DNA from: an uncultured Phycisphaerales bacterium
Lineage (GTDB): Bacteria > Planctomycetota > Phycisphaerae > Tepidisphaerales > Tepidisphaeraceae
DNA length: 64,000 bases
Direction: 5' to 3'
Assembly: GCA_963844715.1 (NCBI GenBank)
Contig: CAWJPJ010000005.1
Span: 32,001 to 96,000, forward strand
Within the stretch, counting starts at the first letter, position 1; every line of letters starts with the position of its first letter. The notes beneath the pieces were generated by a model. That model did not search any database and was not told where the DNA came from. It saw only the letters and a program-made list of their open reading frames with translations. A program made the position numbers and the translations under genes. Below are positions 1-9,446 of the stretch, piece after piece.

Positions 1-720
1 CGCGGATCATCGGCGGCTCTGGCGACCCCGGTCCTCTTTTGGATCGTCCTCGGCGCGGGCGTCGGGCAAAGCTTCCATTCCGGCGTCCCCGGCGGCGATA
101 ACTTCCTGCAATATTTCTTCGTCGGAACGCTCATCATGATTCTCCTCTTCACGGCCATCTTCTCGACGATCTCCGTCATCGAGGACCGCCGCGAAGGATT
201 TCTGCAATCCGTCCTGGTCGCCCCTGTGTCCCCCATGGCCATCGTTTTGGGCAAAGTGCTGGGCGGCACGCTGTTGGCAACCGGGCAGGGAGTGATCTTT
301 CTGCTGCTGGCGCCGCTGATCGGTGTTCACCTGAGCGTCGGGTCGTTCCTGGCGGCTGTCGCGGTCATGCTCCTGGTCGGGTTCGCGCTGAGCGCGCTCT
401 CCTTCTGCATCGCCTGGCGAATGAGTTCGACGCAGGGCTTTCACGTCATCATGAATCTGTTCTTGCTCCCCATGTGGTTTTTGTCCGGCGCGATGTTCCC
501 GGCCCAGGGGGCCAAAAGCGTCATGCGCTGGATCATGAGCGTTAATCCGCTGACCTACGGCGTCTCGGCGCTGCGCCGGGCTATTTATTGGTCCGACGGC
601 TCGGCCCTCACTCTGCCAGGCTGGACGCTGTCCCTGGGCGTCACGCTTTTGTTCGCGGCGGTGATGTTCTGGATGGCCGCCACGATCGCGCGCGGCCGCG
701 TGGCCGCCGATTGGCAATAG
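1..720 (+). CDS. ABC-2 type transporter permease (5' truncated by window edge)
   Basis: Frame open from base 1; hydrophobic helices; EDRREGFLQSVLVAP and LSGAMFP/NPLTY motifs. Confidence 0.85.
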   Translation, partial: RGSSAALATPVLFWIVLGAGVGQSFHSGVPGGDNFLQYFFVGTLIMILLFTAIFSTISVIEDRREGFLQSVLVAPVSPMAIVLGKVLGGTLLATGQGVIFLLLAPLIGVHLSVGSFLAAVAVMLLVGFALSALSFCIAWRMSSTQGFHVIMNLFLLPMWFLSGAMFPAQGAKSVMRWIMSVNPLTYGVSALRRAIYWSDGSALTLPGWTLSLGVTLLFAAVMFWMAATIARGRVAADWQ

Positions 721-726
721 GAGATT

Positions 727-1377
727 ATGAGCAGGCCGCAAAAAACCGTGGTGATCACGATGTGGATCCTGGCGGTCGGCGCCATGATGGGGTTCCTGGC
801 CCTTCGGACTCTTCCCGCCGAGCAGTCGTCCACCGCGGCCGCGGTGGCCCCCGTGGCCCAGGTTGCCGAGCCTCCCGTCCTTTACGACGCCCCCAAATTC
901 ACCCTGACCAGCCAGGACAATGTTCCCTTCACGAGCGACCAGCTTCGCGGGCATCCGTGGGTCGCTGATTTTATCTTCACGACGTGCACAAGCCTCTGTC
1001 CGGTGATGTCCACGCATATGTCGGCTCTGCAAAGCGAGTTGCCGTCGGATATCAAGCTGGTTTCATTCTCCGTCGATCCGCAGCACGACACGCCCGCCCT
1101 GTTGCGCCAGTACGCCTCGCATTACGACGCCCAGCCCGGCCGATGGATTTTCCTCACCGGGGATTTGAAGACGCAGACCGCCGTCGTCTCCGGAATGAAG
1201 CTCTATTTCAAACCCGCCGACGGCGCGAGCCCTATTCAGCACGATCAGCATTTCATCCTTGTGGACAGCCAGGGTCGCGTCCGCAACTACTATGACTCCT
1301 ATTCCCAGGACGACATGGATCATCTCATCCGCGACGCAAAAACCCTCGACCAATCCGCCAGCGGGGGAACGCAGTGA
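727..1377 (+). CDS. SCO1/SenC family copper chaperone
   Basis: N-terminal TM, FIFTTCTSLCP (CxxxC), SVDPQHD, conserved His in IQHDQHFILVD. Confidence 0.9.
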   Translation: MSRPQKTVVITMWILAVGAMMGFLALRTLPAEQSSTAAAVAPVAQVAEPPVLYDAPKFTLTSQDNVPFTSDQLRGHPWVADFIFTTCTSLCPVMSTHMSALQSELPSDIKLVSFSVDPQHDTPALLRQYASHYDAQPGRWIFLTGDLKTQTAVVSGMKLYFKPADGASPIQHDQHFILVDSQGRVRNYYDSYSQDDMDHLIRDAKTLDQSASGGTQ

Positions 1378-1811
1378 ATTCCGGCTTCGGCTTCCCCGAA
1401 CTCAACGCCACGCTTAACGCCGTCAGTGCCATCCTGCTTGTGATCGGATTCTGCTTCATCAAATCCGGCCGCTGGTATGCCCACGCCTGCATGATGATCA
1501 GCGCCACGTGCGTCTCCGCCGTCTTCCTCGCCTGCTATCTCACCTACCACATCCTCCACGGCGAGCGCAGCACGCGCCTGAGCCATGCGCCGCATTCGCT
1601 TCGCATGTTTTATTTTGCCGTGCTGTTTCCGCACCTGATTTTGGCGGTCGCGATGCTGCCGATGATCTACCTGACGCTCTACCGCGCGTATCGAAGGGAT
1701 TGGGTCCGGCACCGCAAGATCGCGCCGCCGACGTTCTGGATTTGGCTGTACGTCTCGGTCAGCGGCGTGGCCGTATATTTTCTGCTGTATCACACGGCGT
1801 TGAATTCGTGA
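1374..1811 (+). CDS. DUF420 family membrane protein
   Basis: PELNATLN, FLACYLTYH, HRKIA..TFWIWLYVSVSG motifs; overlaps SCO stop (GTGA). Confidence 0.9.
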   Translation: MNSGFGFPELNATLNAVSAILLVIGFCFIKSGRWYAHACMMISATCVSAVFLACYLTYHILHGERSTRLSHAPHSLRMFYFAVLFPHLILAVAMLPMIYLTLYRAYRRDWVRHRKIAPPTFWIWLYVSVSGVAVYFLLYHTALNS

Positions 1812-1812
1812 G

Positions 1813-1941
1813 GCGGAAACCCGAAACCAGAAATCCGAATGACGAACCAAATCCGAATGCCTGAATGAACGAAATCGCTGTTCGCCCATTCGGTCATTCG
1901 GGCTTGATTCGTCATTCTGGTTTCAGGTTTCGGATTTCCGC
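1813..1941. repeat. Palindromic element, family F (CCGAAA/CCGAAT units)
   Basis: gcggaaacccgaaaccagaaatccgaatgacgaa ... ttcgtcattctggtttcaggtttcggatttccgc; near-identical copy at 62375-62511. Confidence 0.9.
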
Positions 1942-2559
1942 TAATCAATCGCCGCAAAATTTGCCAAAACCTTAAGCCCAACCTTCTGGCTCTTCTCCGG
2001 GTGAAACTGCGTGGCAAAGATATTGTCCTTGCGGATGCTGCTCACGAACGGCCTGCCATAGTCCGTCTCGGTGGCGATCACGCTCGGGTCGTTCGGCACC
2101 ACGTGATACCCATGCACAAAATAGACGCTGCACCCAGCCGGCAAATCGCGCAGCACGGGTGACGGGTTTCTCGTGATGAGCTGGTTCCACCCCATGTGCG
2201 GCACCTTCAGCCCCATTTTTTGATCCACGTCGAAGCGAACGCACTTGCCGGGGATAATCCCCATGCCGCGGTGCTCGCCGTCCTCGTAGCCCACATCGAC
2301 AAGGAGTTGCAGGCCGAGGCAGATTCCCAAAAACGGCCGGCCGCGCTCGATGTGCCGTTTGATCGGCTCGACGAGATTCTTCGCCTTCAGCGTCGCGATC
2401 GCATCCTGGAACGCTCCGACGCCCGGCAGGATGATCCGTTCCGATTTCTCGATCTCCTCCGGCGTCGAAATAATCCGCGCATCGGCTTGCACCTCGGCCA
2501 GCGCTTTCAGCACCGAGGCGCAGATTTCCCATTCCGTAATCGACGATTCCGATGGCCAT
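1941..2559 (-). CDS. hisH: Imidazole glycerol phosphate synthase glutaminase subunit (one frameshift ~2520)
   Basis: IVDYGMGNL N-terminus in one frame; LPGVGAF, LGICLG, PHMGWN, QFHPEKS in the next. Confidence 0.95.
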
Positions 2560-2586
2560 AGATTTGAGTATACGCAGACCGCGGAC

Positions 2587-2955
2587 TTACGACGAGGCGG
2601 GGGGATGTTCCGGTTCCTGCGGGGCGGCAACCGGCTTGGTTTGCAGCATGTCAGCCTTGGCTTTCAAATCCGCCAGGTCCTTCTGGGCCTGGACCGTCGC
2701 GGTATTCGATCGAAGTTGACGGATCTGTTTCACGGTGCGGAAAGCCATTCGCACCATCAGCGTTCCCACCACGCCGGCCAGCAGCAGCGATGGAATCATT
2801 TGCAGCAGCGAAGTCCTCAGTATGTGCCCGAACCACACCCACACATCCAGCGGCTGGCCGGAATTTTGAAGGATGAACATCAGCAGATAGACCAGGGCCA
2901 GGACAAAGACGCCGATCTTGGTCCAGACTTTGATCTTGAGCCACAGGTCGTTCAT
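2587..2955 (-). CDS. Small membrane protein, LapA/DUF1049-like
   Basis: Two TM segments with FILQN motif followed by coiled-coil tail. Confidence 0.6.
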   Translation of the reverse strand: MNDLWLKIKVWTKIGVFVLALVYLLMFILQNSGQPLDVWVWFGHILRTSLLQMIPSLLLAGVVGTLMVRMAFRTVKQIRQLRSNTATVQAQKDLADLKAKADMLQTKPVAAPQEPEHPPASS

Positions 2956-2966
2956 CGCGGGAAATC

Positions 2967-4225
2967 CTAACCGCCAAACGCCTGACGGAGAAGTGTAAAC
3001 ATCGCGAACATGCCGGGCGCATGGCGTCCGCGATCGGGCAATAAAAGAGCATCACCAGCCCCGTCGCCAGCGCCAGGTACGGCCCATACTGCAATTGCCG
3101 GCGCCGGCGCGTGATCAGCATATAAATCGCCACCAGGATTCCGAAGAAAGGCGCGATGAAAAATGCGACGGTCGCGCCGCCGCCCCCGATGACCGCGCCG
3201 ACTCCGAACATCAGATGCACGTCGCCCAGTCCCATCGCCTCGCGTCCGAAGGCGTACGAGCCGAAGATTCGCATGAGCCACACCACCACGCCCCCGACCA
3301 TCGCGCCCAGCAGCGACCCGAGCAAGCTGTTGAACCACGTATAGCCGGCCACGTGCGTCCACCAATGAGTCACCCCCGGCCAGTGTGCGAACAGCACGCC
3401 CGAAGCAATCGCCAAAACCAGCGGCGGCAGAAGAAAGACCATCTCCTTGCGCATCTCCGCCCGAACCTGCGCCGCGGAAAACTCCGGCGGTATCTCCGGC
3501 GGTTTTTCGCCCGCCTTTTCCGCCGCGGCGGCTCGCTCCTCCAATTCGGCCCGCTCGACTTCCAGCAGATCCAATTCCTCGAAGCTCAAAGGAATGACCT
3601 TCAGTTCCAAGAGCACGATGCTGATCACCAATCCCACGAACGCCCCGGCCGCCAGCGCCATACTGAATGGAAAAATGATCTGCGCTCCCGGCATCCCCGG
3701 CTTATCGAAGATCGCGTGCGCGACGATCGCGATGCCGCCGATCCACCAGGGAATGCTCGCCGGGATGATGAACAGCTCCGCGTCGATCACACTTGCCGCG
3801 AGCAATCCCGCCAGCAGAATCATGTCCAGGATATAAATCGGCCAGAGATTCGGCGCCGGCTGGGGAATTCCAAAAAGCACATCCATCGCCGGGCGTAGAA
3901 AATCCGGACGCGAGCACGGACCAACCCCGTAAACAAAGAACATGATGTAGTAAAAAGCGAAGATCACCCCAGTCGCCAATTCGATGATCGGATATTGCGG
4001 GGAAATCTTCTGCCCGCAGTAGCGGCATTTGCCGCGCAAGAGGATCCAACCCAAGACAGGAACGTTGTCATACCACGCCAGCCGATGCTCGCAGTTGGGG
4101 CACCTGCTAGGCGGCCACCAGAGGGACTCGGCGCACGGCAGCCGATAGATCACCACGTTCAAAAAACTACCCACGCACGACCCAAGCACGAAGAGATAGA
4201 CTATGAAGAGCAGATGATTGGCCAT
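2967..4225 (-). CDS. Prepilin peptidase, A24 family (frameshift near 3' end ~3020)
   Basis: [20 protein letters not shown] Zn motif, AMGLGD, YGPYLA. Confidence 0.9.
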
Positions 4226-4229
4226 GCGT

Positions 4230-4760
4230 TCAGCCCGGCGGCGACTGGAGCATCTCGACGATTCTTTCGACCGCTTCCGGCGGCGTCAGATCGGTCACGT
4301 CCAGCTCGGCGGTCATGACGAGTCTATAGATCGGCTCGCGCTGCGGAAGAAGTCTTTCGATTTCTTCCCTCGTGCTAGCCGAGACCCCCAGATTCGGCCG
4401 ATTATCGGCCGTCGCCGGATCCCCCTCGATCCGCTTCAGCAGTTCGCCCGCCTCGCAGTGCAGATAAATCACCCCATGCCCCGACGACTGAATCGCCCGG
4501 CGATTGTCCTCCAGCCCCAGCGCTCCGCCCCCCAGGGCGATCACCTGATCCTCCAGCTTCAACGCTTCGTTGATCGCGGCCGATTCGAGTTCGCGAAACC
4601 CCGCTTCTTTGCGCTGCTCAAAAATCTCGCGAATGGTTTTGCCGGTCTGCTGGATGATCCGCTGATCGACATCCACGAATTTCATCCCCAACCGCGCAGC
4701 CACGGCTTGCCCGAGGGTCGTCTTCCCGCTCCCGCGATAACCAATAAGAATCAAACTCAT
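4230..4760 (-). CDS. aroK: Shikimate kinase
   Basis: [10 protein letters not shown]-loop, FRELE, ALGGG, RP and REPIY motifs. Confidence 0.92.
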   Translation of the reverse strand: MSLILIGYRGSGKTTLGQAVAARLGMKFVDVDQRIIQQTGKTIREIFEQRKEAGFRELESAAINEALKLEDQVIALGGGALGLEDNRRAIQSSGHGVIYLHCEAGELLKRIEGDPATADNRPNLGVSASTREEIERLLPQREPIYRLVMTAELDVTDLTPPEAVERIVEMLQSPPG

Positions 4761-4903
4761 CGCAAATCAGAATATAGACCCGCGCACTGCTCGCGCCGAA
4801 TTTCGGCGCCGACTTCTTTCCGCGACCCAGGTCCTGCGCGACGCATTTCGCCTTCGCTGTAACGCAGTTTCACATCGGACCTTAAACCGGCTCATTCTTA
4901 AAA

Positions 4904-4989
4904 GCACTGGCACAGAGGCCACAGAGGACACGGAGGGCACAGAAAAAAACAAAAGTTTGAATCGGTCTCTCCTCCTCTGTGCCAATGCT
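4904..4989. repeat. Palindromic element, family A (CACAGAG units)
   Basis: ggcacagaggccacagaggacacggagggcacaga ... cctctgtgcc; related copy at 43888-43982. Confidence 0.8.
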
Positions 4990-5113
4990 GTTTATCATTT
5001 GGATTCAAGCGGGGGGTCCATCCACCCGCCAAGTACCTCCCGGCGGCGATGAGGTTTCTTTCAGCGTTTTCCCAACCATGCGATCCCGCCGCCAATCGCT
5101 ATAATCTTCGCCC

Positions 5114-5863
5114 ATGCAACCAAGCAAACCGCGCAAGCCAGCTCCGGGAACCGCCTATTCGCGAATCCTCCTCAAAATCAGCGGCGAAGGTTTCTGCCAC
5201 GAAGGCTCCTTCGGCATCGAAGCCCCCGAACTCGACGCCATCGCTAAACAATGCGTTGAGGTCGCCCAGATGGGCGTCCAGCTCGCCATCGTCGTAGGCG
5301 GCGGCAATTTCATTCGCGGGGCGACGTTCGCCGAGGATGGCAACATCCCCCGCGCCACGGCCGATTACATGGGCATGCTGGCGACGATTCTCAACGCCGT
5401 CGCGCTTCAGGAGACGATGGAAAAACTCGGGCAGCCCACGCGCGTTCAATCGGCGATCAGCGTGTACAGCGTCTGCGAGCCCTTCATCCGCCGCCGCGCC
5501 GTGCGGCATTTGGAAAAAGGCCGCGTTCTGATTCTCGCCGCCGGCACCGGAAACCCGTTCTTCACGACCGACACCTCTGCCGCGCTCAGAGCCACCGAAA
5601 TCGGCGCGGACGTTTTATTGAAGGCCACCAAAGTCGACGGCATTTACACCGCCGATCCCAAGAAAGATCCCAACGCGAAGATGCTCAAAAGTCTAAGCTA
5701 CGAAAAAGTCCTCGAAGGCAAACTGGGCGTCATGGATCTGACCGCCATCACGCTCTGCATGGAACGGAAAATTCCCCTGGTGGTGTTCAATTTGAAAAAG
5801 CAGGGGAATATCGCACGGGTCGTGCGCGGCGAGGATGTCGGGACGAAGATTACGCCGAAATGA
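5114..5863 (+). CDS. pyrH: Uridylate kinase
   Basis: LLKISGE, VVGGGNFIRG, GTGNPFFTTD, KATKVDG. Confidence 0.97.
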   Translation: MQPSKPRKPAPGTAYSRILLKISGEGFCHEGSFGIEAPELDAIAKQCVEVAQMGVQLAIVVGGGNFIRGATFAEDGNIPRATADYMGMLATILNAVALQETMEKLGQPTRVQSAISVYSVCEPFIRRRAVRHLEKGRVLILAAGTGNPFFTTDTSAALRATEIGADVLLKATKVDGIYTADPKKDPNAKMLKSLSYEKVLEGKLGVMDLTAITLCMERKIPLVVFNLKKQGNIARVVRGEDVGTKITPK

Positions 5864-5901
5864 GCAAATTGCACTGCGGGAGCCGGCGGCGTTAACGCGT
5901 T

Positions 5902-6047
5902 CCCTCTTTCCCCTCTCCCTGTACTAAGGGGGAGGACTCGCTGTCCCCTTCCGGTAGTTTCGGCACGATGGGAGGGGTTTCTTTCGGCACCGCGCGGTCG
6001 GCCCCTCACCCATCCTGCGGAAACCAGCGGAGGAAAGGGACCGGGAA
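5902..6047. repeat. Degenerate palindromic element, family G (CCCTCTCCC/GGGAGAGG, CCCCTCACCC)
   Basis: cccctctccctgtactaagggggagg and cccctcaccc motifs; relatives at 19127, 36884, 40839. Confidence 0.6.
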
Positions 6048-6146
6048 TGAATGCGTAGCGCCCCGATATGGCGTGGCCCTTGCATTTGCCCGATTCTGAT
6101 TTCGATTTTCTGGTTTCGGATTTCCGTTTCCGTTAGGATAAGGTCC

Positions 6147-6707
6147 ATGCCCATCGACGACATTCTCATGGATGCCGAAATCCACATGGAGAAGGCGGTC
6201 GAGCATGTGCAGCATGAACTCCGCGGCATTCGGACCGGCCGCGCCACGCCGGCGCTCGTCGAGCATTTGAAAGTCGAATATTACGGCTCGATGACCGATC
6301 TGCGTTCGATCGCCTCCATCAGCGTGCCCGAAGCGACGCAGCTTCTCATCAAGCCGTTCAGCCCCGGCGACATGCACGCCATCGAGAAGGCGATCAACGA
6401 CAGCAAGATCGGCCTCACGCCGCACAGCGACGGGAAGCAAATCCGCCTCGTCCTGCCGCCTCTGTCGCAGGAGCGGCGGATGCAGCTCGCCGGGCAGTGC
6501 AAGCAATTCGCCGAGACGGCGAAGATCGCCATCCGCAACGCCCGCCGCGAAGCCAACAAAATCTTGGAAACCGAACTGAAAAGCGGCGACGTCACAGAAG
6601 ACGAAGCGGAAAAGGGGAAAGATCAGATCAACGAACTGACCAAGAGCTACGAAACGAAGGCTGACGAACTCGTCGACAAAAAACGCGCGGAAGTCATGCA
6701 GGTTTGA
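6147..6707 (+). CDS. frr: Ribosome recycling factor
   Basis: IRTGRA, PPLSQERR, IRNARR; follows pyrH; ATG at 6147. Confidence 0.97.
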   Translation: MPIDDILMDAEIHMEKAVEHVQHELRGIRTGRATPALVEHLKVEYYGSMTDLRSIASISVPEATQLLIKPFSPGDMHAIEKAINDSKIGLTPHSDGKQIRLVLPPLSQERRMQLAGQCKQFAETAKIAIRNARREANKILETELKSGDVTEDEAEKGKDQINELTKSYETKADELVDKKRAEVMQV

Positions 6708-6789
6708 TCCCAAATGGGGTTGGGGAAAAACTTTTCTTAATTTTTGCTTTGGCTGGTTGCGTCGAATCGAAATTCCAGTAGCATCCGCC

Positions 6790-6860
6790 CTCCAACACGG
6801 ATGTTCAGACTGTGGCTCAAGGACGGCCCGGAGGGGTGTCTTTGGGCCCGGTCTTTTTTA
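6790..6860 (+). ncRNA. Candidate CsrA/RsmA-binding small RNA
   Basis: TTGCGT-N16-TAGCAT promoter (6757-6784); hairpins AACA-CGGA-TGTT and GGCT-CAAGGAC-GGCC; GC stem plus T-run terminator ending ~6860. Confidence 0.45.
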
Positions 6861-6921
6861 CCCCTCCATTTCTCATCGAGAACCGCCAAACCTCCCGACA
6901 TTGGCGACTCACTCACGGCCC

Positions 6922-7013
6922 CTCTTAATCATAATCTTAATCGCAATCTTAATCAGGTCTTTCGGATTGACACAAGTCTTTCACTCGCAACTCGCAACTG
7001 GCAACTCGCAACT
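6922..7013. repeat. Hexamer array (TAATCT/TAATCA, 6922-6954) and heptamer array (GCAACTC/G x4, 6983-7013)
   Basis: ctcttaatcataatcttaatcgcaatcttaatc; actcgcaactcgcaactggcaactcgcaact. Confidence 0.85.
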
Positions 7014-7117
7014 ATTCCCCCCTTTTTATCAGCCCACTCAAGTTTAAATCCCAATCGGCCCGAATGAGACAGAGTCGGAACGAACTTTCATCCCCGACAG
7101 CGGAATCACACCACACG

Positions 7118-7151
7118 AGGCGGCGCTTCAAAGCGCCGCCTGTTTTATTTT
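7118..7151 (+). terminator. Intrinsic terminator
   Basis: aggcggcgct-tcaa-agcgccgcct perfect 10-bp stem followed by gttttatttt. Confidence 0.75.
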
Positions 7152-7174
7152 GGGATTAAAGAAAGGGAACCGTT

Positions 7175-7399
7175 CTAGTCCATCCCGCACGGGCCGGGGC
7201 CGCCGCAGCGGCCGCACATACCTGGAGCGGGGGCGCTGGATTTGCCGCTTTCGGTACCGACGGCAAAGACGCTGAACGATCGCGACGTTTTTCCTGATCC
7301 ACATTTCGGGCAGGCGGCCTTATCCGCGGCGGCGGCGGATTTCACCAGCTTCTCAAATCGATGATCGCATTCCTTGCAGGCGTATTCATAAATCGGCAT
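7175..7399 (-). CDS. FmdB family zinc-ribbon protein
   Basis: MPIYEYACKECDHRFE ... CPKCGS signature. Confidence 0.9.
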   Translation of the reverse strand: MPIYEYACKECDHRFEKLVKSAAAADKAACPKCGSGKTSRSFSVFAVGTESGKSSAPAPGMCGRCGGPGPCGMD

Positions 7400-7417
7400 C
7401 GGCAAACTCCAGGAAGA

Positions 7418-8743
7418 TTATAGGCGATTGGCGGCCGTCTGCAGGGAATCATCGGTCCAGCGGACGGTCAGGCTGGCCTCGCCGCGCAAGAGGGCCAGGA
7501 GATGCTCGCCGATCGCTTGCCGCCGCCAGCCCCGGCAAATCCGCAGCGTCGCCGGGTCTTCGCCGCTGCGCCACATGCGGAGCAGGTCGGCAATTTCCTG
7601 GCGGCTGGTGACCAGCGCGGGATCGATCTGTCGGCCGGCGCAGAAACATTGCACCGCGAAGAAGAGGGATTCGCCGCGGAATTTCTCGGGGGGCGTGGGT
7701 TCATGATTCGCCGACTCCGGCATCTCGCTGGCGGGCAACGCCATCGCGCGCCGCGTGGCGGCGACAAGTTCCTCGCCGCGCGCCGTCTCCACCGGCCGCG
7801 GCAAGCCGCGCACGTGGGACAAGTCCTTCACCGAATCCACCGGCGTCCGCGCCAAATCCAAAAGAATCTCATCGCGCAACATCGTGCGCGGCGGCACATC
7901 CTCCGCCCGCGCGGCGGCGTCACGCCAGATCGTCAATTCGCGGAGCACCGCCTGATTCTTGGGCGGCAATCCCGCCGCGCCGCGGATTTTCAAATATTGC
8001 GTTTCCGGATCGAACGAATAGACGCCTGGATCGGCCAGCGTCCCCGATTCCTCGAGCGCCCAGGCAATCTTCCCGCCCGCTTCCAATCGCTTTCCGATCT
8101 CATGCCGAAGGGCGGGCAGATACCGCACATCGTCCGCCGCGTAGCGGAGCTGCTGGTCCGAAAGCGGCCGCCGCTCCCAATTCGTAAAGGTCAGCGATTT
8201 GCGCAACCGCGTCCCGAGCATGGTGCCGGTCAATCGCGACAGCGAGAGCGGATAGGTCAGCCCGATGAACCCCGCCCCAATCTGCGTATCAAAAAGATTG
8301 GAAGGCGATTTCTGTATAAACCGGAAAACCGGCTCGACATCCTGTTGCCCGGCGTGCACGATCTTCTGGATCGAAGGATCGGCCACCAGTTCCCAAAACG
8401 GGCGCAGGTCCACGCTCGCCAGCGGGTCGATCAAGGCGACTTGCGCCGTCGACGCCGCCTGGATGAGGCACAACTTGGGGACGTAAGTCAGTTCCCCGAT
8501 GAATTCACTGTCGAAAGCGAACGACCCGGCGACGCGCAAGTGATCGAGCAATTCAGATAGCTGTTCCTGTCGGGTAATGAGCTTTGGAGGCTCATTGGTC
8601 GCCATCGGATGGTCGCAGGTGGGCTGCTCGATTGGATCGGCCTCGGCGTGGGCGGTGGCGTGATGCGAAGCTCGATGATGCGATCGCGGCTGGAACGACC
8701 GCCGCGCTCCCCGCCCTGAGGACGAATTGGCACTGAATGCCAT
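7418..8743 (-). CDS. rnd: Ribonuclease D
   Basis: FDSEF, LCLIQ, HAGQQD, FDTQ, WERRPL, YAADDV; HRDC domain. Confidence 0.92.
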   Translation of the reverse strand: MAFSANSSSGRGARRSFQPRSHHRASHHATAHAEADPIEQPTCDHPMATNEPPKLITRQEQLSELLDHLRVAGSFAFDSEFIGELTYVPKLCLIQAASTAQVALIDPLASVDLRPFWELVADPSIQKIVHAGQQDVEPVFRFIQKSPSNLFDTQIGAGFIGLTYPLSLSRLTGTMLGTRLRKSLTFTNWERRPLSDQQLRYAADDVRYLPALRHEIGKRLEAGGKIAWALEESGTLADPGVYSFDPETQYLKIRGAAGLPPKNQAVLRELTIWRDAAARAEDVPPRTMLRDEILLDLARTPVDSVKDLSHVRGLPRPVETARGEELVAATRRAMALPASEMPESANHEPTPPEKFRGESLFFAVQCFCAGRQIDPALVTSRQEIADLLRMWRSGEDPATLRICRGWRRQAIGEHLLALLRGEASLTVRWTDDSLQTAANRL

Positions 8744-8830
8744 TTCCGAAGCCTATACGATCCCCGTTCTTTGACAAGATGCGGTTAAGAGCGGCACAAA
8801 AATTCATCGCCGGCCATAACCCGCCGTTCC

Positions 8831-8858
8831 TAAAGAAAACCGCCTTTTTGGCCGATAT
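8831..8858 (+). promoter_or_regulatory. Sigma28 (FliA/SigD)-type promoter
   Basis: TAAA-N16-GCCGATAT, upstream of the 9004 ORF. Confidence 0.55.
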
Positions 8859-9003
8859 TTGCCCCACCACGGGTGTTTTCAGGCCCGAGAATGTTAAATA
8901 AGGCGGTTTTTGGTGGAAACTGACGCCGGCGCGAGGGTATAGTTCTAGCCCAAATATAAGAGTGCGGGCAAATCGGCTGGCAGGATGGGGATTGGAGTCA
9001 CAA

Positions 9004-9339
9004 ATGAATTTGGAATTCGCCGTGGAACGTCTGGCGGAGGCGGGTTGGAGTCCCTCTGAGGAATTGGAACTCGAGAGGCTTCCTGACGGTAGGGGGTACC
9101 CGTCGGTTCTGACCGTGCAAAAGCGCTTTGCCGAAGCCGGACTGGAACTATCGATCAAGCATAATTTGATGTTTAACTGTTACCGCGCTACGTGGGCGCC
9201 GGCGGGCGAGCCGCTTGATCCCGGCCACTCTGCTGATGAAAAGCATGGGACCGTGGTAGGTTCCTGCGAGCGCGAAGCGGCGGTCTTCGCGCTGGCGCAA
9301 CTTCGCACCGCGCAATCGATGCTCCAGCTCTCAGCCTGA
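9004..9339 (+). CDS. Hypothetical protein
   Basis: GGAG RBS before ATG 9004; globular-looking 111-aa ORF. Confidence 0.7.
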   Translation: MNLEFAVERLAEAGWSPSEELELERLPDGRGYPSVLTVQKRFAEAGLELSIKHNLMFNCYRATWAPAGEPLDPGHSADEKHGTVVGSCEREAAVFALAQLRTAQSMLQLSA

Positions 9340-9446
9340 TAGTCGAAAATCTGTCTTATTTTTATTTGGCGGGCGTGCGCGGCACGCCGGGATGGAGTCC
9401 GCTTACGTTCGCACGGCGTGCTGCGCACGCCCGCTAAATAAGTTGC

